From IMG/VR virus record IMGVR_UViG_3300037961_001397: a stretch of DNA of 64,000 nucleotides, one strand, 5' to 3'. Made by a program: the position numbers and the translations under genes. Shown here piece after piece: positions 17,325 to 27,763 of the stretch. This stretch comes from an uncultured virus (IMG/VR IMGVR_UViG_3300037961_001397) (Duplodnaviria; Heunggongvirae; Uroviricota; Caudoviricetes). Positions within the stretch are counted from its first letter, which is position 1; the number at the start of each line of letters is the position of its first letter. The notes below the pieces were generated by a model that saw only the letters and a program-made list of their open reading frames with translations, was not told where the DNA came from and searched no databases.

Positions 17325-18809
17325 ATGGCTTATTTTAATCATTCGTTTGTCAAGACATTTATTGCAGATAGCACGTTATTAACTGCTAATACTGCAACAA
17401 GTGCTTTAACTGCCGGTCAGTTAGCTTTAGTAGATGGAGCAGATTGGGAATCCGTAGCATTACCTGGTGGAGCTGGTGTACCAGCTGTATCTGCAGGTGA
17501 ACTTGCTTACATTGTCCAAGGATCCTTCTATTCTAAAGATACTATTGGAAACAATCCAGGACATGGTGGTTACAAAGAATCAGTAAAGTCAAAAGGAATC
17601 AATCCTAAGTACATTACTGAATTATGGAGAACTAACTGTCTTACTGCATCAAACGCAACAGCAAGCTTATCATTAGCTTCTGATTGTGCTCCTTGTGGTA
17701 AAACTCAATTTATGAGAATTGACGTTAAAGGATCTCCAGCATTAAGATTTTTAAATCACAATGCTTATGCAATTGCTGACTCAGCAAATGTATGTTGTAT
17801 AGATGGTCAAGAGTATATTGACCCTGCTTTAGTATTAGCTAATATGGCTGATATGGCTTTAGCTGATCCTCTAATCAAACCTTTTGTAGCTGAGCAAAAA
17901 CTAAATGCTGTTGGAGCTGCTACTTTATCTGCTGGTGGATCAGGTTATGCTGTTGCATCAGGTGTAGCAACTACAGGTGGATCTGGATCAGGTGCTAAAA
18001 TTAATATTGATAGTGTTGCTGGTGGTGCTGTTGCTACATTCTCTATTGCAGATGTAGGATCAGGCTATGCAGTCAATGATGTATTAACTGCAGCTGGTGG
18101 TGGCGGAGACGCTGACTTCCTTGTAACTGAAATTGTAGCTGGTGGATTAGTTGTATCTAAAACTGATGCTGCTGGTGAAGTTATACAAGAAGCATACACT
18201 ATTGCAGAAGGTAAAGGTGAAGGAGCTGGTGCATACGTACCATCAACTGATCCTCATGGTGCAGTAAAAGTATCTGCAAAAGTATCTTTTGTTGGTGCAT
18301 ATGTAGACACTGTATTTGGAAACTGCTCTTTTGATACTAGAGATCACTTTAATGCTGAGCCTGTTGAGATTATTGTTTCTCAATTAGATGAAACTGGTAA
18401 CCCATGTAATGACTGTGGTGTTGCTGAAGCTACTCCAGGATCAATGCAACAAACTCAAGGTGAGCAAGTAATTAGAGATCTAATTTTGTCAGAGAGATAC
18501 AGACAAAGCCCTTACAATCAAGGTAATGCTAGTAGTGCAAGAATCAGAGAAATTGAAATGTCTGATGAATTGTTAGCTGCTGTAGATAGAAGTGCTACTT
18601 ATAGAGCATATTATGTCAAGCATTCAGTGCCTAGATTTAACAACCCAACCGGTGTATTTGACAATGATCAGTACATTTACAAAATTTATGTAAAATGTTC
18701 TGACGCTGCAGCACAAGGTCAGTTAGATGACTTAATGGAAGGTTTATCTGCATGGGCTGGTGATAATGGAAACAAAGTACCTTTCCAAACAAGTAATACT
18801 TATTGGTAA
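17325..18809 (+). CDS. Virion structural protein, likely auxiliary capsid protein
   Basis: 494 aa, flanked by its own promoter-like motif and terminator (suggesting high expression), in a position matching the crAss-like auxiliary capsid gene. Confidence 0.55.
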   Translation: MAYFNHSFVKTFIADSTLLTANTATSALTAGQLALVDGADWESVALPGGAGVPAVSAGELAYIVQGSFYSKDTIGNNPGHGGYKESVKSKGINPKYITELWRTNCLTASNATASLSLASDCAPCGKTQFMRIDVKGSPALRFLNHNAYAIADSANVCCIDGQEYIDPALVLANMADMALADPLIKPFVAEQKLNAVGAATLSAGGSGYAVASGVATTGGSGSGAKINIDSVAGGAVATFSIADVGSGYAVNDVLTAAGGGGDADFLVTEIVAGGLVVSKTDAAGEVIQEAYTIAEGKGEGAGAYVPSTDPHGAVKVSAKVSFVGAYVDTVFGNCSFDTRDHFNAEPVEIIVSQLDETGNPCNDCGVAEATPGSMQQTQGEQVIRDLILSERYRQSPYNQGNASSARIREIEMSDELLAAVDRSATYRAYYVKHSVPRFNNPTGVFDNDQYIYKIYVKCSDAAAQGQLDDLMEGLSAWAGDNGNKVPFQTSNTYW

Positions 18810-18834
18810 GATATTGTTTTTCTTAAACTTAATT

Positions 18835-18866
18835 AGAGCAGGAGCCAAAAACTCCTGCTCTTTTTA
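18835..18866 (+). terminator. Rho-independent terminator
   Basis: Perfect 10-bp stem agagcaggag/ctcctgctct followed by a T tract. Confidence 0.85.
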
Positions 18867-18925
18867 TTTTATATATTCTTGATTTTTTTGTATATTATCT
18901 ATATAGTGTACTAAAGTTATAAGAA

Positions 18926-19501
18926 ATGGCAAACAAACATATATTAAGTTTAGAGATTCCAACGGTATCTAATTGTGATCTACTATGCATAAAAGATACT
19001 AGTCAATACTCTAAACAGCTAGCAGTAGATTGTGAGGAATTATTAATAACATTGCCTGGGTACACTGTACCTGTTTTAATCAAAGTTGACAAAGAATTTG
19101 ATATGTGCCTTACGGCATGTACACTTGCATTACAGAAAGAAGACTGTGGTACAAAGACTGAACATATACCTGATGGAATATACATTGTAAAATATAGTGT
19201 ATCTCCTAACTCTAAAGTTTATGTAGAATATAATCATTTAAGAGTAACTAAGTTACTTACAAGATACTATGAAGTATTATGTGACTTAGACGTACAGGCG
19301 TGTCAACCAGATTCAGATAAGCAAGCAATATTAGCAGAGATGTATTATATAAGAACTATGATAGATGCAGCAGTATCAAATGTAGAATACTGTCAAGCAG
19401 CTGCACAGGGAATGCAACTCTATAATTATGCTAAAAATAGATTGGAAAAAATAGCTTGTCCTTCAGGTAACTGTGGTTCAAGTTCAAAATATTTAATGTA
19501 A
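18926..19501 (+). CDS. Cys-rich virion/tail protein
   Basis: 191 aa with an 'IPDGIYIVKYSV' motif and many Cys; lies in the tail module. Confidence 0.55.
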   Translation: MANKHILSLEIPTVSNCDLLCIKDTSQYSKQLAVDCEELLITLPGYTVPVLIKVDKEFDMCLTACTLALQKEDCGTKTEHIPDGIYIVKYSVSPNSKVYVEYNHLRVTKLLTRYYEVLCDLDVQACQPDSDKQAILAEMYYIRTMIDAAVSNVEYCQAAAQGMQLYNYAKNRLEKIACPSGNCGSSSKYLM

Positions 19502-19513
19502 AACCAATAAGAA

Positions 19514-19693
19514 ATGGCAAATTGTGCACACTGTGGTAAAGTATTTACTTGTGGATGCCAAAAAGCTAGTTTAGGAAATGGGGTTGTGGTTTGTAAACAA
19601 TGTAAAGCAAAAGCAGATGCAAAGTTAGATACATCCAGAGACCTAGGACTTGAATTGGCTAGACAGCAGATACAAGATTTAAGAAACAAATAA
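19514..19693 (+). CDS. 59-aa Cys-rich mini-protein (not in ORF track)
   Basis: MANCAHCGKVFTCGCQK...VCKQCK..., with an A-rich leader and a stop 2 nt before the next ATG. Confidence 0.75.
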   Translation: MANCAHCGKVFTCGCQKASLGNGVVVCKQCKAKADAKLDTSRDLGLELARQQIQDLRNK

Positions 19694-19695
19694 TT

Positions 19696-20241
19696 ATGGC
19701 ATCATCAACAATAGTAGCATCAAGTAACTCTGCAAAGCAGAAGGAGCTTTCTTTATTGAAGAGGATTAAGACTGAACAAAATTTTGCAAATCAAGCATAT
19801 GCAAATTTTAAGACAGTTAAATTTGGTATAGACTCATGTTGCTATACGGATTTTGAAGACGCTATAGTAAATAAGAAATTATGTGATTGGCAAAATGCAG
19901 CTTCATCAAAAGTTGTAGTTGCGTCAGGCGTATCTGGAACTTTTGTAGAACCATTAGCTAAGGTAAATGTTAAAGCAAGTCAATCTTGTCCAGAAATACC
20001 AACTAATGTTTGTACTGTTCTAGATCTGGAGCAAATTATAGCAGATGCTGGAACATTTGTATTCTGTCAAGACCTTCCATTAGCACAGTGGACTATTACG
20101 CATAATCTGGGTAGATTTCCATCAGTCACAGTTGTTGATAGTGGAAATACAGTTGTTGTGGGAAATGTAGCATATACTAACTCTAATGTTTTAGTATTAA
20201 CATTTGGTTCTGCATTTAACGGATGTGCATATTTAAATTAA
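19696..20241 (+). CDS. Tail/fibre-associated protein
   Basis: The C-terminal 'WTITHNLGRFPSVTVVD...G.V.Y...N.L.LTF..AF.G.AYLN' domain is common in phage fibre proteins. Confidence 0.6.
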   Translation: MASSTIVASSNSAKQKELSLLKRIKTEQNFANQAYANFKTVKFGIDSCCYTDFEDAIVNKKLCDWQNAASSKVVVASGVSGTFVEPLAKVNVKASQSCPEIPTNVCTVLDLEQIIADAGTFVFCQDLPLAQWTITHNLGRFPSVTVVDSGNTVVVGNVAYTNSNVLVLTFGSAFNGCAYLN

Positions 20242-20273
20242 AATTATATATATAGAAATTAAAAAACAAAGTT

Positions 20274-22592
20274 ATGGCAAGTATTAAATTTTTAAACAAT
20301 ATTACCTTAGTTGGGAATCAGCTGGAATTAGCTAGAATCCAAAACTTAGGGAGTGCCCCTACAGTCTATGGAGATGGTCAGCTTTATTATGATACTGGCC
20401 TTAACAAACTAAGACTACGTGAAAATGGAAGTTGGGTAAGCATTCAAACAGGAACAGATGGTGACACTACATATGATTTAGATGTTGCTGCTGGTACTAC
20501 TAAAATAAGATTAACAGGATCTGATGGTACTACTGATGATGTAGAAATTGCAGGAAGTGGTTTAATTAGTGTTACAAGAACTAATAGTGCTAAATTAACA
20601 CTAAGTACTACTGCAACATCTAATGTTGGTACAGTTACTTCTGTATCAGGCGGAACTGGTATTACAATAACTGGATCAGGATCAGTTACTCCTACAGTAA
20701 ACATTGATTATGCTGGTACAGACAACGCAATTTTAGCAGCAACTGCAGCTACTCCTGCTGGTGCTGACACACTATGGTTCTCTGATGCAACTGATAATAC
20801 AATTAAAAAAGCTCTTATTTCAGCAATGCCTGGATTTGGAGCAGATGGTACAGTTACATCTGTAGCTACTTCTAATGGTACATTTGTAGATGTATCAGGA
20901 GGTACTATTACAACTACAGGTACAATTACGGCAGATCTTTCTGCAACTGGTTCTCCAGGTGCTACTACCTTCCTTAGAGGTGATAACGTTTGGGCAACTC
21001 CTGCTGGAGCATATACAGACTGGAAACTAAAAGGAGATGGTGGAACAGCTGTTGATATTGGTGATGGTGAGACAGTAAACTTTATAGGTGGAGCAGGATT
21101 AGATGCTGTTGCAGCTAGTGGATCTCCAAATACATTAACCTATAGTTTAGATCTTAATGAGTTAACTGCAGCTACTCCTGTAGCAGCAGATTTTATAGCT
21201 GGTGTAGATTCAACAGATAACTCAACAAAAAAATTCTTAATATCTAATTTACCATTTACAAATACTTCAGGAACAGTTACAAGTGTAGGATTATCTATGC
21301 CTTCAGCATTTAGTGTTGCTGACTCACCAGTAACAAGTTCTGGAACAATAGCAGTAACAGGTGCTGGAACAGCTTCACAAGTTGTATTAGGTAATGGTAG
21401 TTTAGGAACCTTAACAGTAGGTACAGTAACAAGTGTATCCGCTGGAGCTGGTTTGACAATTTCTTCAGGATCTAGTACAGTTAATCCAACTATTGCAGTT
21501 GATTATTCATCTAGTGGACTTATAGCTGATGCACAAGGCATGAGTGGTAGTGCAGAATCAGATGATGAAATTTTAATTGGAGATGATAGTGCAAGTGGTG
21601 CAGTAAGAAGTGCAGCTTTAACTGATATTCCACTAAATGTATTAGGAGCACCAAATGGTAATCTAACTATGAGCAGTAATAAAATTACTTCTCTTTCTAA
21701 TGGTACAGCTAGTACAGATGCTGTTAACTTAGGACAAGTTCAATCACTTGTAGCTGGAGTTGGTGTATTCCAAGGAGGATATAACGCAAGTACAAACTCA
21801 CCAGCAATAGCTGGTTCAAGTAACGTTGCACTTACTACAGGTGACTTCTTTGTTGTTACTACAGATGGTACTATTGCTTTCAATGGTAGTAGTGTAGATG
21901 TAGAAGTTGGTGATATGATTTATGCTAATGCTGATATTAGTGCAAGTTCTAATCCAGCTGCAACAGCTTATAGTATAGTTATACAAGATCAAAACATTGC
22001 AGGTACAGGTGCAACAGATGGAGCAACAGAAAAAGGTGTTGCTGGATTTAGCAGTGCTTCTTTCTCAGCAACAGCAAATGGATTTATCACAATTAAATCA
22101 GGTGGTATATCAAATGCTATGTTAGCAAATACTCCTAATTACATTATTGGTACTGACTCAGATATTAATACTTCAGGTGTTACTGTAATTGATGAGTTAA
22201 ATATGACTGATGGTGTAATTCAATCACACTCTACAAGAACATTACCTGATGCAACAGCAAGTTCTAGAGGTGTAGCTGAAACAGCAACTCAAGCAGAAGT
22301 TGATGCAGGTACTTCAGGAGCACACTTAATGGTAACTCCAGCTACATTAAAAGCACATTTAGATAAGCAAGGCTTTGCAGGAACATACCCAGCAAGTAAC
22401 TCAACAAGTTGGACAGTTGCTCATGGTCTAGGCACTGCAGATGTTATAGTACAAGTATATGAAGTATCAAGTGGTGCTACTGTATATGTAGATGTAATTA
22501 GAGACACATCATCTCCATATAGCTTAACTCTTTCTACTGCCCAAACACAAACGGCAAATTCATTAAGAGTTTTAGTTAGTAAGGTAAGATAA
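20274..22592 (+). CDS. Tail fibre protein
   Basis: 772 aa, G/S/T/A-rich, with repeated GTVTSV, 'DAVNLGQV', 'GVAETATQAEV' and C-terminal 'VAHGLGT.DV.VQVY'. Confidence 0.75.
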   Translation: MASIKFLNNITLVGNQLELARIQNLGSAPTVYGDGQLYYDTGLNKLRLRENGSWVSIQTGTDGDTTYDLDVAAGTTKIRLTGSDGTTDDVEIAGSGLISVTRTNSAKLTLSTTATSNVGTVTSVSGGTGITITGSGSVTPTVNIDYAGTDNAILAATAATPAGADTLWFSDATDNTIKKALISAMPGFGADGTVTSVATSNGTFVDVSGGTITTTGTITADLSATGSPGATTFLRGDNVWATPAGAYTDWKLKGDGGTAVDIGDGETVNFIGGAGLDAVAASGSPNTLTYSLDLNELTAATPVAADFIAGVDSTDNSTKKFLISNLPFTNTSGTVTSVGLSMPSAFSVADSPVTSSGTIAVTGAGTASQVVLGNGSLGTLTVGTVTSVSAGAGLTISSGSSTVNPTIAVDYSSSGLIADAQGMSGSAESDDEILIGDDSASGAVRSAALTDIPLNVLGAPNGNLTMSSNKITSLSNGTASTDAVNLGQVQSLVAGVGVFQGGYNASTNSPAIAGSSNVALTTGDFFVVTTDGTIAFNGSSVDVEVGDMIYANADISASSNPAATAYSIVIQDQNIAGTGATDGATEKGVAGFSSASFSATANGFITIKSGGISNAMLANTPNYIIGTDSDINTSGVTVIDELNMTDGVIQSHSTRTLPDATASSRGVAETATQAEVDAGTSGAHLMVTPATLKAHLDKQGFAGTYPASNSTSWTVAHGLGTADVIVQVYEVSSGATVYVDVIRDTSSPYSLTLSTAQTQTANSLRVLVSKVR

Positions 22593-22604
22593 TATAAAGT
22601 ATTA

Positions 22605-22633
22605 GAAAGGGTAGTTATAATAGCTATCCTTTC
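22605..22633. terminator. Intergenic hairpin, possible terminator
   Basis: gaaagggtagtta-taa-tagctatcctttc, a stem with G:U pairs and no clear downstream U tract. Confidence 0.4.
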
Positions 22634-22677
22634 AAAATACATTTATATTTTGTACTTTTGATAAAAAATATACCGGT

Positions 22678-25600
22678 ATGGCAATAAAATTCTTAAATAA
22701 TTCTGAAGTTACAGGTACACTCTCAGTATCCTCTATAGGTAATGATAATGCTACATATACCGGTATTGTTGTATGGGATGGTGGAGATCTTAAATATAGG
22801 ACAAAAGCACAAGTTAAGTCAGATATAGGAGCTGGTTCAATGACTAGTTTTTCTGTTACTAATGGAACTACAACCGGCACTATTTCTAACGGTGGTACAC
22901 TTACTCTTACTGCGGGTACTGGTATGTCTATTGGTCTTAGTGGTTCAGGAGGTAGTGGTATATTTACAATAGGTGCTAATACTGCAAATGCATCTACAAT
23001 AGGTGTAGGTAATGTTAATATCAATGGAGGAGGAAACAAAGATGGTCTAACTCTTAGTTATTCAGGTGGTACAGCTACTCTTGGAGTAGATATACAAAGT
23101 TTGCCTAATTATAGTGGTAGTGCTGCTAGTGCAGATACTGGTTCTATTTATATGATGATTAATAATGAAGATGATGTAAATAATATTAATCAACAGTTAG
23201 AATTAGGTGAGCTTGGAAATATGATTAATACCAATAATTATCCAAGTAGTCTTTCATTCAACACAAGTAATGGTATTTTAACATTAGGCAGATCAGGTTT
23301 AAGTTCTCTTACTGTTGATTTAGATGGAAGATATCTACAGCTTAGTGGTGGTACTATGTCATCTACTGGTACTGGAATCACTCTTCCACATACTATACCG
23401 GTTAAGTTTGATGATAATGTAATTACTACTCAAGGCACATACAGAGATTTAGTTATAAAAGCAGTTGGAGCTAGTGCAGACATATTATTTCAAGCAGATA
23501 TTGATGAAGGTGATAATACTAGTGGAACTTATTTTCTATTAGATAGTAGCATGGCTCAAACAGGTAATCCAGATGTATATACTAGATTTCCTGATTATTC
23601 ACGTTTAGTTTTTGGTAACTCTGCAAATGCTAACTCTTTAGATCTTGAAATTTATCATGAACCAGATGTATCATATATTAAAGGTAATCACCCTATATAT
23701 ATAGATTCAAATAGTAATATTGATATTAATGGAGATACTGGTGTTGATCTAAGACATAACAATAGTAAAAAGTTTGAAACAACATCATCAGGTGTTTCTG
23801 TAACAGGATCAACAACTATTAGTAGTATAGCTAATGCTAGTTCTGATACTGACAAGTTTTTAGTCAGTGATAGCGGTGTAGTAAAGTACAGAACTGGAGC
23901 TCAGCTTAGAAGTGATATTGGAGCAGGAACTGGTAGTGGCACCGTTACATCCGTAGCTACAGGTGATGGATTAAGCGGAGGTACTATTACCACATCTGGT
24001 ACATTAACAGTTGATAGTACTGTAGTAAGAACTTCAGGTAACCAAACTATTGCTGGTGTAAAAACATTTTCAAGTAGAATTGATGCTACTAATGCAGACT
24101 CAATAAGAGCTGATAAAATAAGAACATATGGTGGTCAACAACTTGTACTTAATGCAGGTGAGTCTAATGGTCAAGCTACAGGACAAACAAATGAATATGT
24201 TTATATAAATGCAGAACAAGGATTACAGATAAACTCTTCACCTGACAATTGGTCAAGCGGATGGGCAGGAAGAAATACAACAACAATAAATGATGCAGAT
24301 GGTAATTCTACATTTGCTAATGACATAACTGTTTCAGGAGGTGACATTACACTTGGGGGCACAGGACGCATACAAGGTGTTGACACTGTGTCATCAGATA
24401 CTGATGCTGCTAACAAAAAGTATGTAGATGATTCTGTATCTGGATTAGGTTCTGGTACAGTAACAAGTGTAGCTGTTTCTGGTGGTACAGGGATATCTGT
24501 ATCTGGTTCTCCAATTACAAGTTCAGGAACTATAACAATAACTAACAGTGCTCCTGACACCGGAACACCAGCCATTTTATCTAATGGCTCTACACCAAGT
24601 TTGAATAGTGGGATAACTGCAGCTGAAGTTAGATCATTAATTGGTGCAGGAACAGGCAGTGGAACAATTACTGGCTCAGGCACATCAGGTAGAAGTGTAA
24701 AATTTAATGGTTCAACTTCTATAACTAATGGAAGATTTTTTGAATCAGCTTCTGGTACTTTTCTTTATGATACAGCAAGTTATCCTTTTCAAATACAGAA
24801 TGATGGTGGGGTAACTATATTTGAATTTGAAGGTTCTGGTACTTCAAATAGTTCTAATTTACAAATTACACCAGGTACAAAAGCTAAACCAGGTATTAAC
24901 TTTGGACAAAGAAGTGGAACTGGAGCTGGAGATACTGATACAGGTATGTATAGTTCTGCTGCTAATAAAATAGAATTTGCAACTGGAGGTGGTGAAAGAC
25001 TTCAAATCAGTTCAAGTGGTACAAAGCTTGTAACATTAAGTGCTTTAGGCTCTGCTGCTAGTAAAATTTTAGTAAGTGATAGTGGTGTTATAAAAAGCAG
25101 GACTCCTGCTCAAATAAGAAGTGATATAGGGGCTGGTACAGGAAGTGGTAGTGTAACATCTGTTGGTGGAACTGGTAGTGTAAATGGACTTACATTAACT
25201 GGTACAGTAACAAGCTCTGGAAACTTGACATTAGGAGGTACATTAGCTATTAGTAATGATGATTGGAGTGGAGCAGAATTAGATGTGGCTAATGGTGGTA
25301 CTGGTGCAGATAATGCTGCTGATGCAAGAGATAATTTGGGTGTTGTAAATGATACTGGTACACCAGCTATTTTATCCAACGGTTCTACACCTTCACTAAA
25401 CTCAGGTATTTCAGCAGCAGAAGTAAGAAGTTTAATTGGAGCTGGTACTGGAAGTGGAACAATGTCATCATGGACAATTAAAGAAGGTAATGGTACTGAA
25501 TCAACTCAAGTAACAAATGGAGAGACTGTTACAATAGCACAAGGGACAGGAATACAGTCAGAAATGACATCAACCTCAAGTGGAGGTACAATTACAATTA

Positions 25601-26937
25601 CTAATACAGGTGTAACTTCTCTTACTGCTAGTACTGGAATAAGTTTAAGCTCATCAACTGGTGCAGTTACAATTACAAACTCATCACCAGACACAGGTGT
25701 TCCAGCTATACTATCTAATGGATCAGCACCTTCTTTAAATAGTGGTATTTCAGCTGCAGAGGTTAGAGAACTAATAGGTGCAGGTACTGGAAACGGCTCA
25801 ATTACTGGTAGTGGTTCATCAGGTAGAGTAGCTTATTGGAATGGAGGTTCAAGTATAACTTCTAGTTCTGAATTTACATGGAATGGTAGTACTCTAAAAT
25901 TAGGAGGATCTTCAGATTCAGAATATAGTATTGAGGTAGGTAATGGTAGATCAGGAAATGGTTATGCTTATATTGACTTTGTTGGGGATACTACTTACAC
26001 TGATTATGGATTAAGAATAATTAGGGGTAATACTGGTGCAAATACTTCATCAGATATTACGCACAGAGGTACTGGAGATTTTTCAATTAATACTCAAGAT
26101 AACGCTTCATTACTAAATAAAACAAACAATACTTTAAGAACAAAAATAACTGGAGCAGGTATCATGACTTTTGGTGCTGATCCAGCTAATCCTACTTGGT
26201 ATTTAGATTTAGTAAATAAAAAAACAGGATTTAGAACTACAACTCCAGGTTCTGCATTTGATGTTAATGGAACATTTAGAGCAAGGAATGAATTAAACGT
26301 AGGTAATACTTCAGAACAAAACTTCTTTGTAGAAGGAGGATCTGGACCTAGATATGTTAAGATGGGTGCTTACACACCTACTAATAAAGATACTTGGTTA
26401 TCAGGTTCAGCAAATACAGGTTTAGTAAGATCTACAGCAGGTTTTGGAACAGGTGGTAAAGTCTTAATGGCAACATATAGATATACTACTAAAATTGAAC
26501 AAGGTGGTTGGCCTACAGCTTCTGGATCTTCAAATGGTGTAAATGTAACACCAGCTTATACTAATGGCACAATATTACAAGTTAAAGATATATTTGTACA
26601 TAAAGCTGGATCTACTAAAGGTTCAGGATGGTCAAGTAATACATATGCTGTAGAATTTGTTCAACTAAAGGCAAATGGTGCATATGCTATTTTGGGAGGT
26701 GTACCAAGAAGTACTATTGTAAACGGTGATGGTGTATGGTATTATTGTGCTTATAATAATTTGTGGGGTTTCAATAATGCACAAAATGAAGAAAGAGGTA
26801 CAGTAAATGCTCCTGTAAAACTAATGTTACCTTCAGCTATTAATTCTACTAATCAACCTACTTGGTATGTAACAGTAGAATATACACTACTAAATCAGAA
26901 TGTATGGAGAAATAATCCAGATCAAACTTTAACTTAA
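22678..26937 (+). CDS. Long tail fibre protein with internal repeats
   Basis: 1419 aa, G/S/T-rich, with GTVTSV, 'DAANKKYVD' and 'VANGGTGA' motifs and two families of internal repeats. Confidence 0.78.
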   Translation: MAIKFLNNSEVTGTLSVSSIGNDNATYTGIVVWDGGDLKYRTKAQVKSDIGAGSMTSFSVTNGTTTGTISNGGTLTLTAGTGMSIGLSGSGGSGIFTIGANTANASTIGVGNVNINGGGNKDGLTLSYSGGTATLGVDIQSLPNYSGSAASADTGSIYMMINNEDDVNNINQQLELGELGNMINTNNYPSSLSFNTSNGILTLGRSGLSSLTVDLDGRYLQLSGGTMSSTGTGITLPHTIPVKFDDNVITTQGTYRDLVIKAVGASADILFQADIDEGDNTSGTYFLLDSSMAQTGNPDVYTRFPDYSRLVFGNSANANSLDLEIYHEPDVSYIKGNHPIYIDSNSNIDINGDTGVDLRHNNSKKFETTSSGVSVTGSTTISSIANASSDTDKFLVSDSGVVKYRTGAQLRSDIGAGTGSGTVTSVATGDGLSGGTITTSGTLTVDSTVVRTSGNQTIAGVKTFSSRIDATNADSIRADKIRTYGGQQLVLNAGESNGQATGQTNEYVYINAEQGLQINSSPDNWSSGWAGRNTTTINDADGNSTFANDITVSGGDITLGGTGRIQGVDTVSSDTDAANKKYVDDSVSGLGSGTVTSVAVSGGTGISVSGSPITSSGTITITNSAPDTGTPAILSNGSTPSLNSGITAAEVRSLIGAGTGSGTITGSGTSGRSVKFNGSTSITNGRFFESASGTFLYDTASYPFQIQNDGGVTIFEFEGSGTSNSSNLQITPGTKAKPGINFGQRSGTGAGDTDTGMYSSAANKIEFATGGGERLQISSSGTKLVTLSALGSAASKILVSDSGVIKSRTPAQIRSDIGAGTGSGSVTSVGGTGSVNGLTLTGTVTSSGNLTLGGTLAISNDDWSGAELDVANGGTGADNAADARDNLGVVNDTGTPAILSNGSTPSLNSGISAAEVRSLIGAGTGSGTMSSWTIKEGNGTESTQVTNGETVTIAQGTGIQSEMTSTSSGGTITITNTGVTSLTASTGISLSSSTGAVTITNSSPDTGVPAILSNGSAPSLNSGISAAEVRELIGAGTGNGSITGSGSSGRVAYWNGGSSITSSSEFTWNGSTLKLGGSSDSEYSIEVGNGRSGNGYAYIDFVGDTTYTDYGLRIIRGNTGANTSSDITHRGTGDFSINTQDNASLLNKTNNTLRTKITGAGIMTFGADPANPTWYLDLVNKKTGFRTTTPGSAFDVNGTFRARNELNVGNTSEQNFFVEGGSGPRYVKMGAYTPTNKDTWLSGSANTGLVRSTAGFGTGGKVLMATYRYTTKIEQGGWPTASGSSNGVNVTPAYTNGTILQVKDIFVHKAGSTKGSGWSSNTYAVEFVQLKANGAYAILGGVPRSTIVNGDGVWYYCAYNNLWGFNNAQNEERGTVNAPVKLMLPSAINSTNQPTWYVTVEYTLLNQNVWRNNPDQTLT
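24556..25797 (+). repeat. Three dispersed ~36-codon coding repeats (DTGxPAILSNGSxPSLNSGIxAAEVRxLIGAGTGxG)
   Basis: Copies start at about 24556, 25351 and 25690. Confidence 0.9.
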
Positions 26938-26948
26938 AATAATAAATT

Positions 26949-27275
26949 ATGGCAATAACAACATCAGTAAAAATAACAGCAATGAAAGGTAAAAAAACAT
27001 GGTTAGGAAAAAATCATGTTATTGAACAAATTTACTTTGACGTTACTGCAACAGATGGTACATATACACATACAGAGCCTGGTGTTCATTATATAGGTTT
27101 ACTACCAGAAGATGTAGATAACTTTGTAGAGTTTGAAGATTCAGCAGAGTTTGAAGCTAAAGTATTAGAGTGGGCAAAACCTCAGTCAGATCCTTTAGAG
27201 GCTTTATGTATTGCAAATGTTGAGCAACTAGCTTTAGATGAAGAAGAAACTCTTAAATTTACTTATTCTGAATAA
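26949..27275 (+). CDS. Small acidic protein, putative tail fibre assembly factor
   Basis: Immediately follows the fibre gene and resembles the core of the next ORF. Confidence 0.5.
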   Translation: MAITTSVKITAMKGKKTWLGKNHVIEQIYFDVTATDGTYTHTEPGVHYIGLLPEDVDNFVEFEDSAEFEAKVLEWAKPQSDPLEALCIANVEQLALDEEETLKFTYSE

Positions 27276-27310
27276 ATAAATTTATTATATTTGGGAAAAC
27301 TCTATATATA

Positions 27311-27730
27311 ATGGCTGTAAAAAAAACCAAAAAGAAAGTGGTAAAAAAACCACAAGCTAAAAAAACAACCAAAAAAGTTGTTAAAAAATCTACTGAACCC
27401 ACTATAAAAGATATTGTGTATAGCTGGGAAATTGTATCTTTGGTAACAAGACAAGATGACTCCATAGAAGAAATTATATATGAATTACATGGATCAGTAG
27501 GTAAATACAAGAAAAAAAAGACAGCTGTTGCACAAGGTGCATTGGCTGTAGTTTTTGATCCTAAAGATAAAATAAGTACTAGTGACTATAAAGAACTAGA
27601 AAAGAAAGAAGTAATTAACTATTTAAAATCTAAAATATCTGAAAAGTATTTATTATATTTGAAGGAAATAGTACAAGAAGAGTTATTTTCTAAAACACCA
27701 AAAATTGTGACGGAAATATCTTGGAAATAA
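27311..27730 (+). CDS. Hypothetical protein with Lys-rich N-terminal tail
   Basis: 139 aa, preceded by TATATTTG at 27286-27293. Confidence 0.55.
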   Translation: MAVKKTKKKVVKKPQAKKTTKKVVKKSTEPTIKDIVYSWEIVSLVTRQDDSIEEIIYELHGSVGKYKKKKTAVAQGALAVVFDPKDKISTSDYKELEKKEVINYLKSKISEKYLLYLKEIVQEELFSKTPKIVTEISWK

Positions 27731-27763
27731 TTTATATATTTGTAACAATTTAAAATCAACAAA

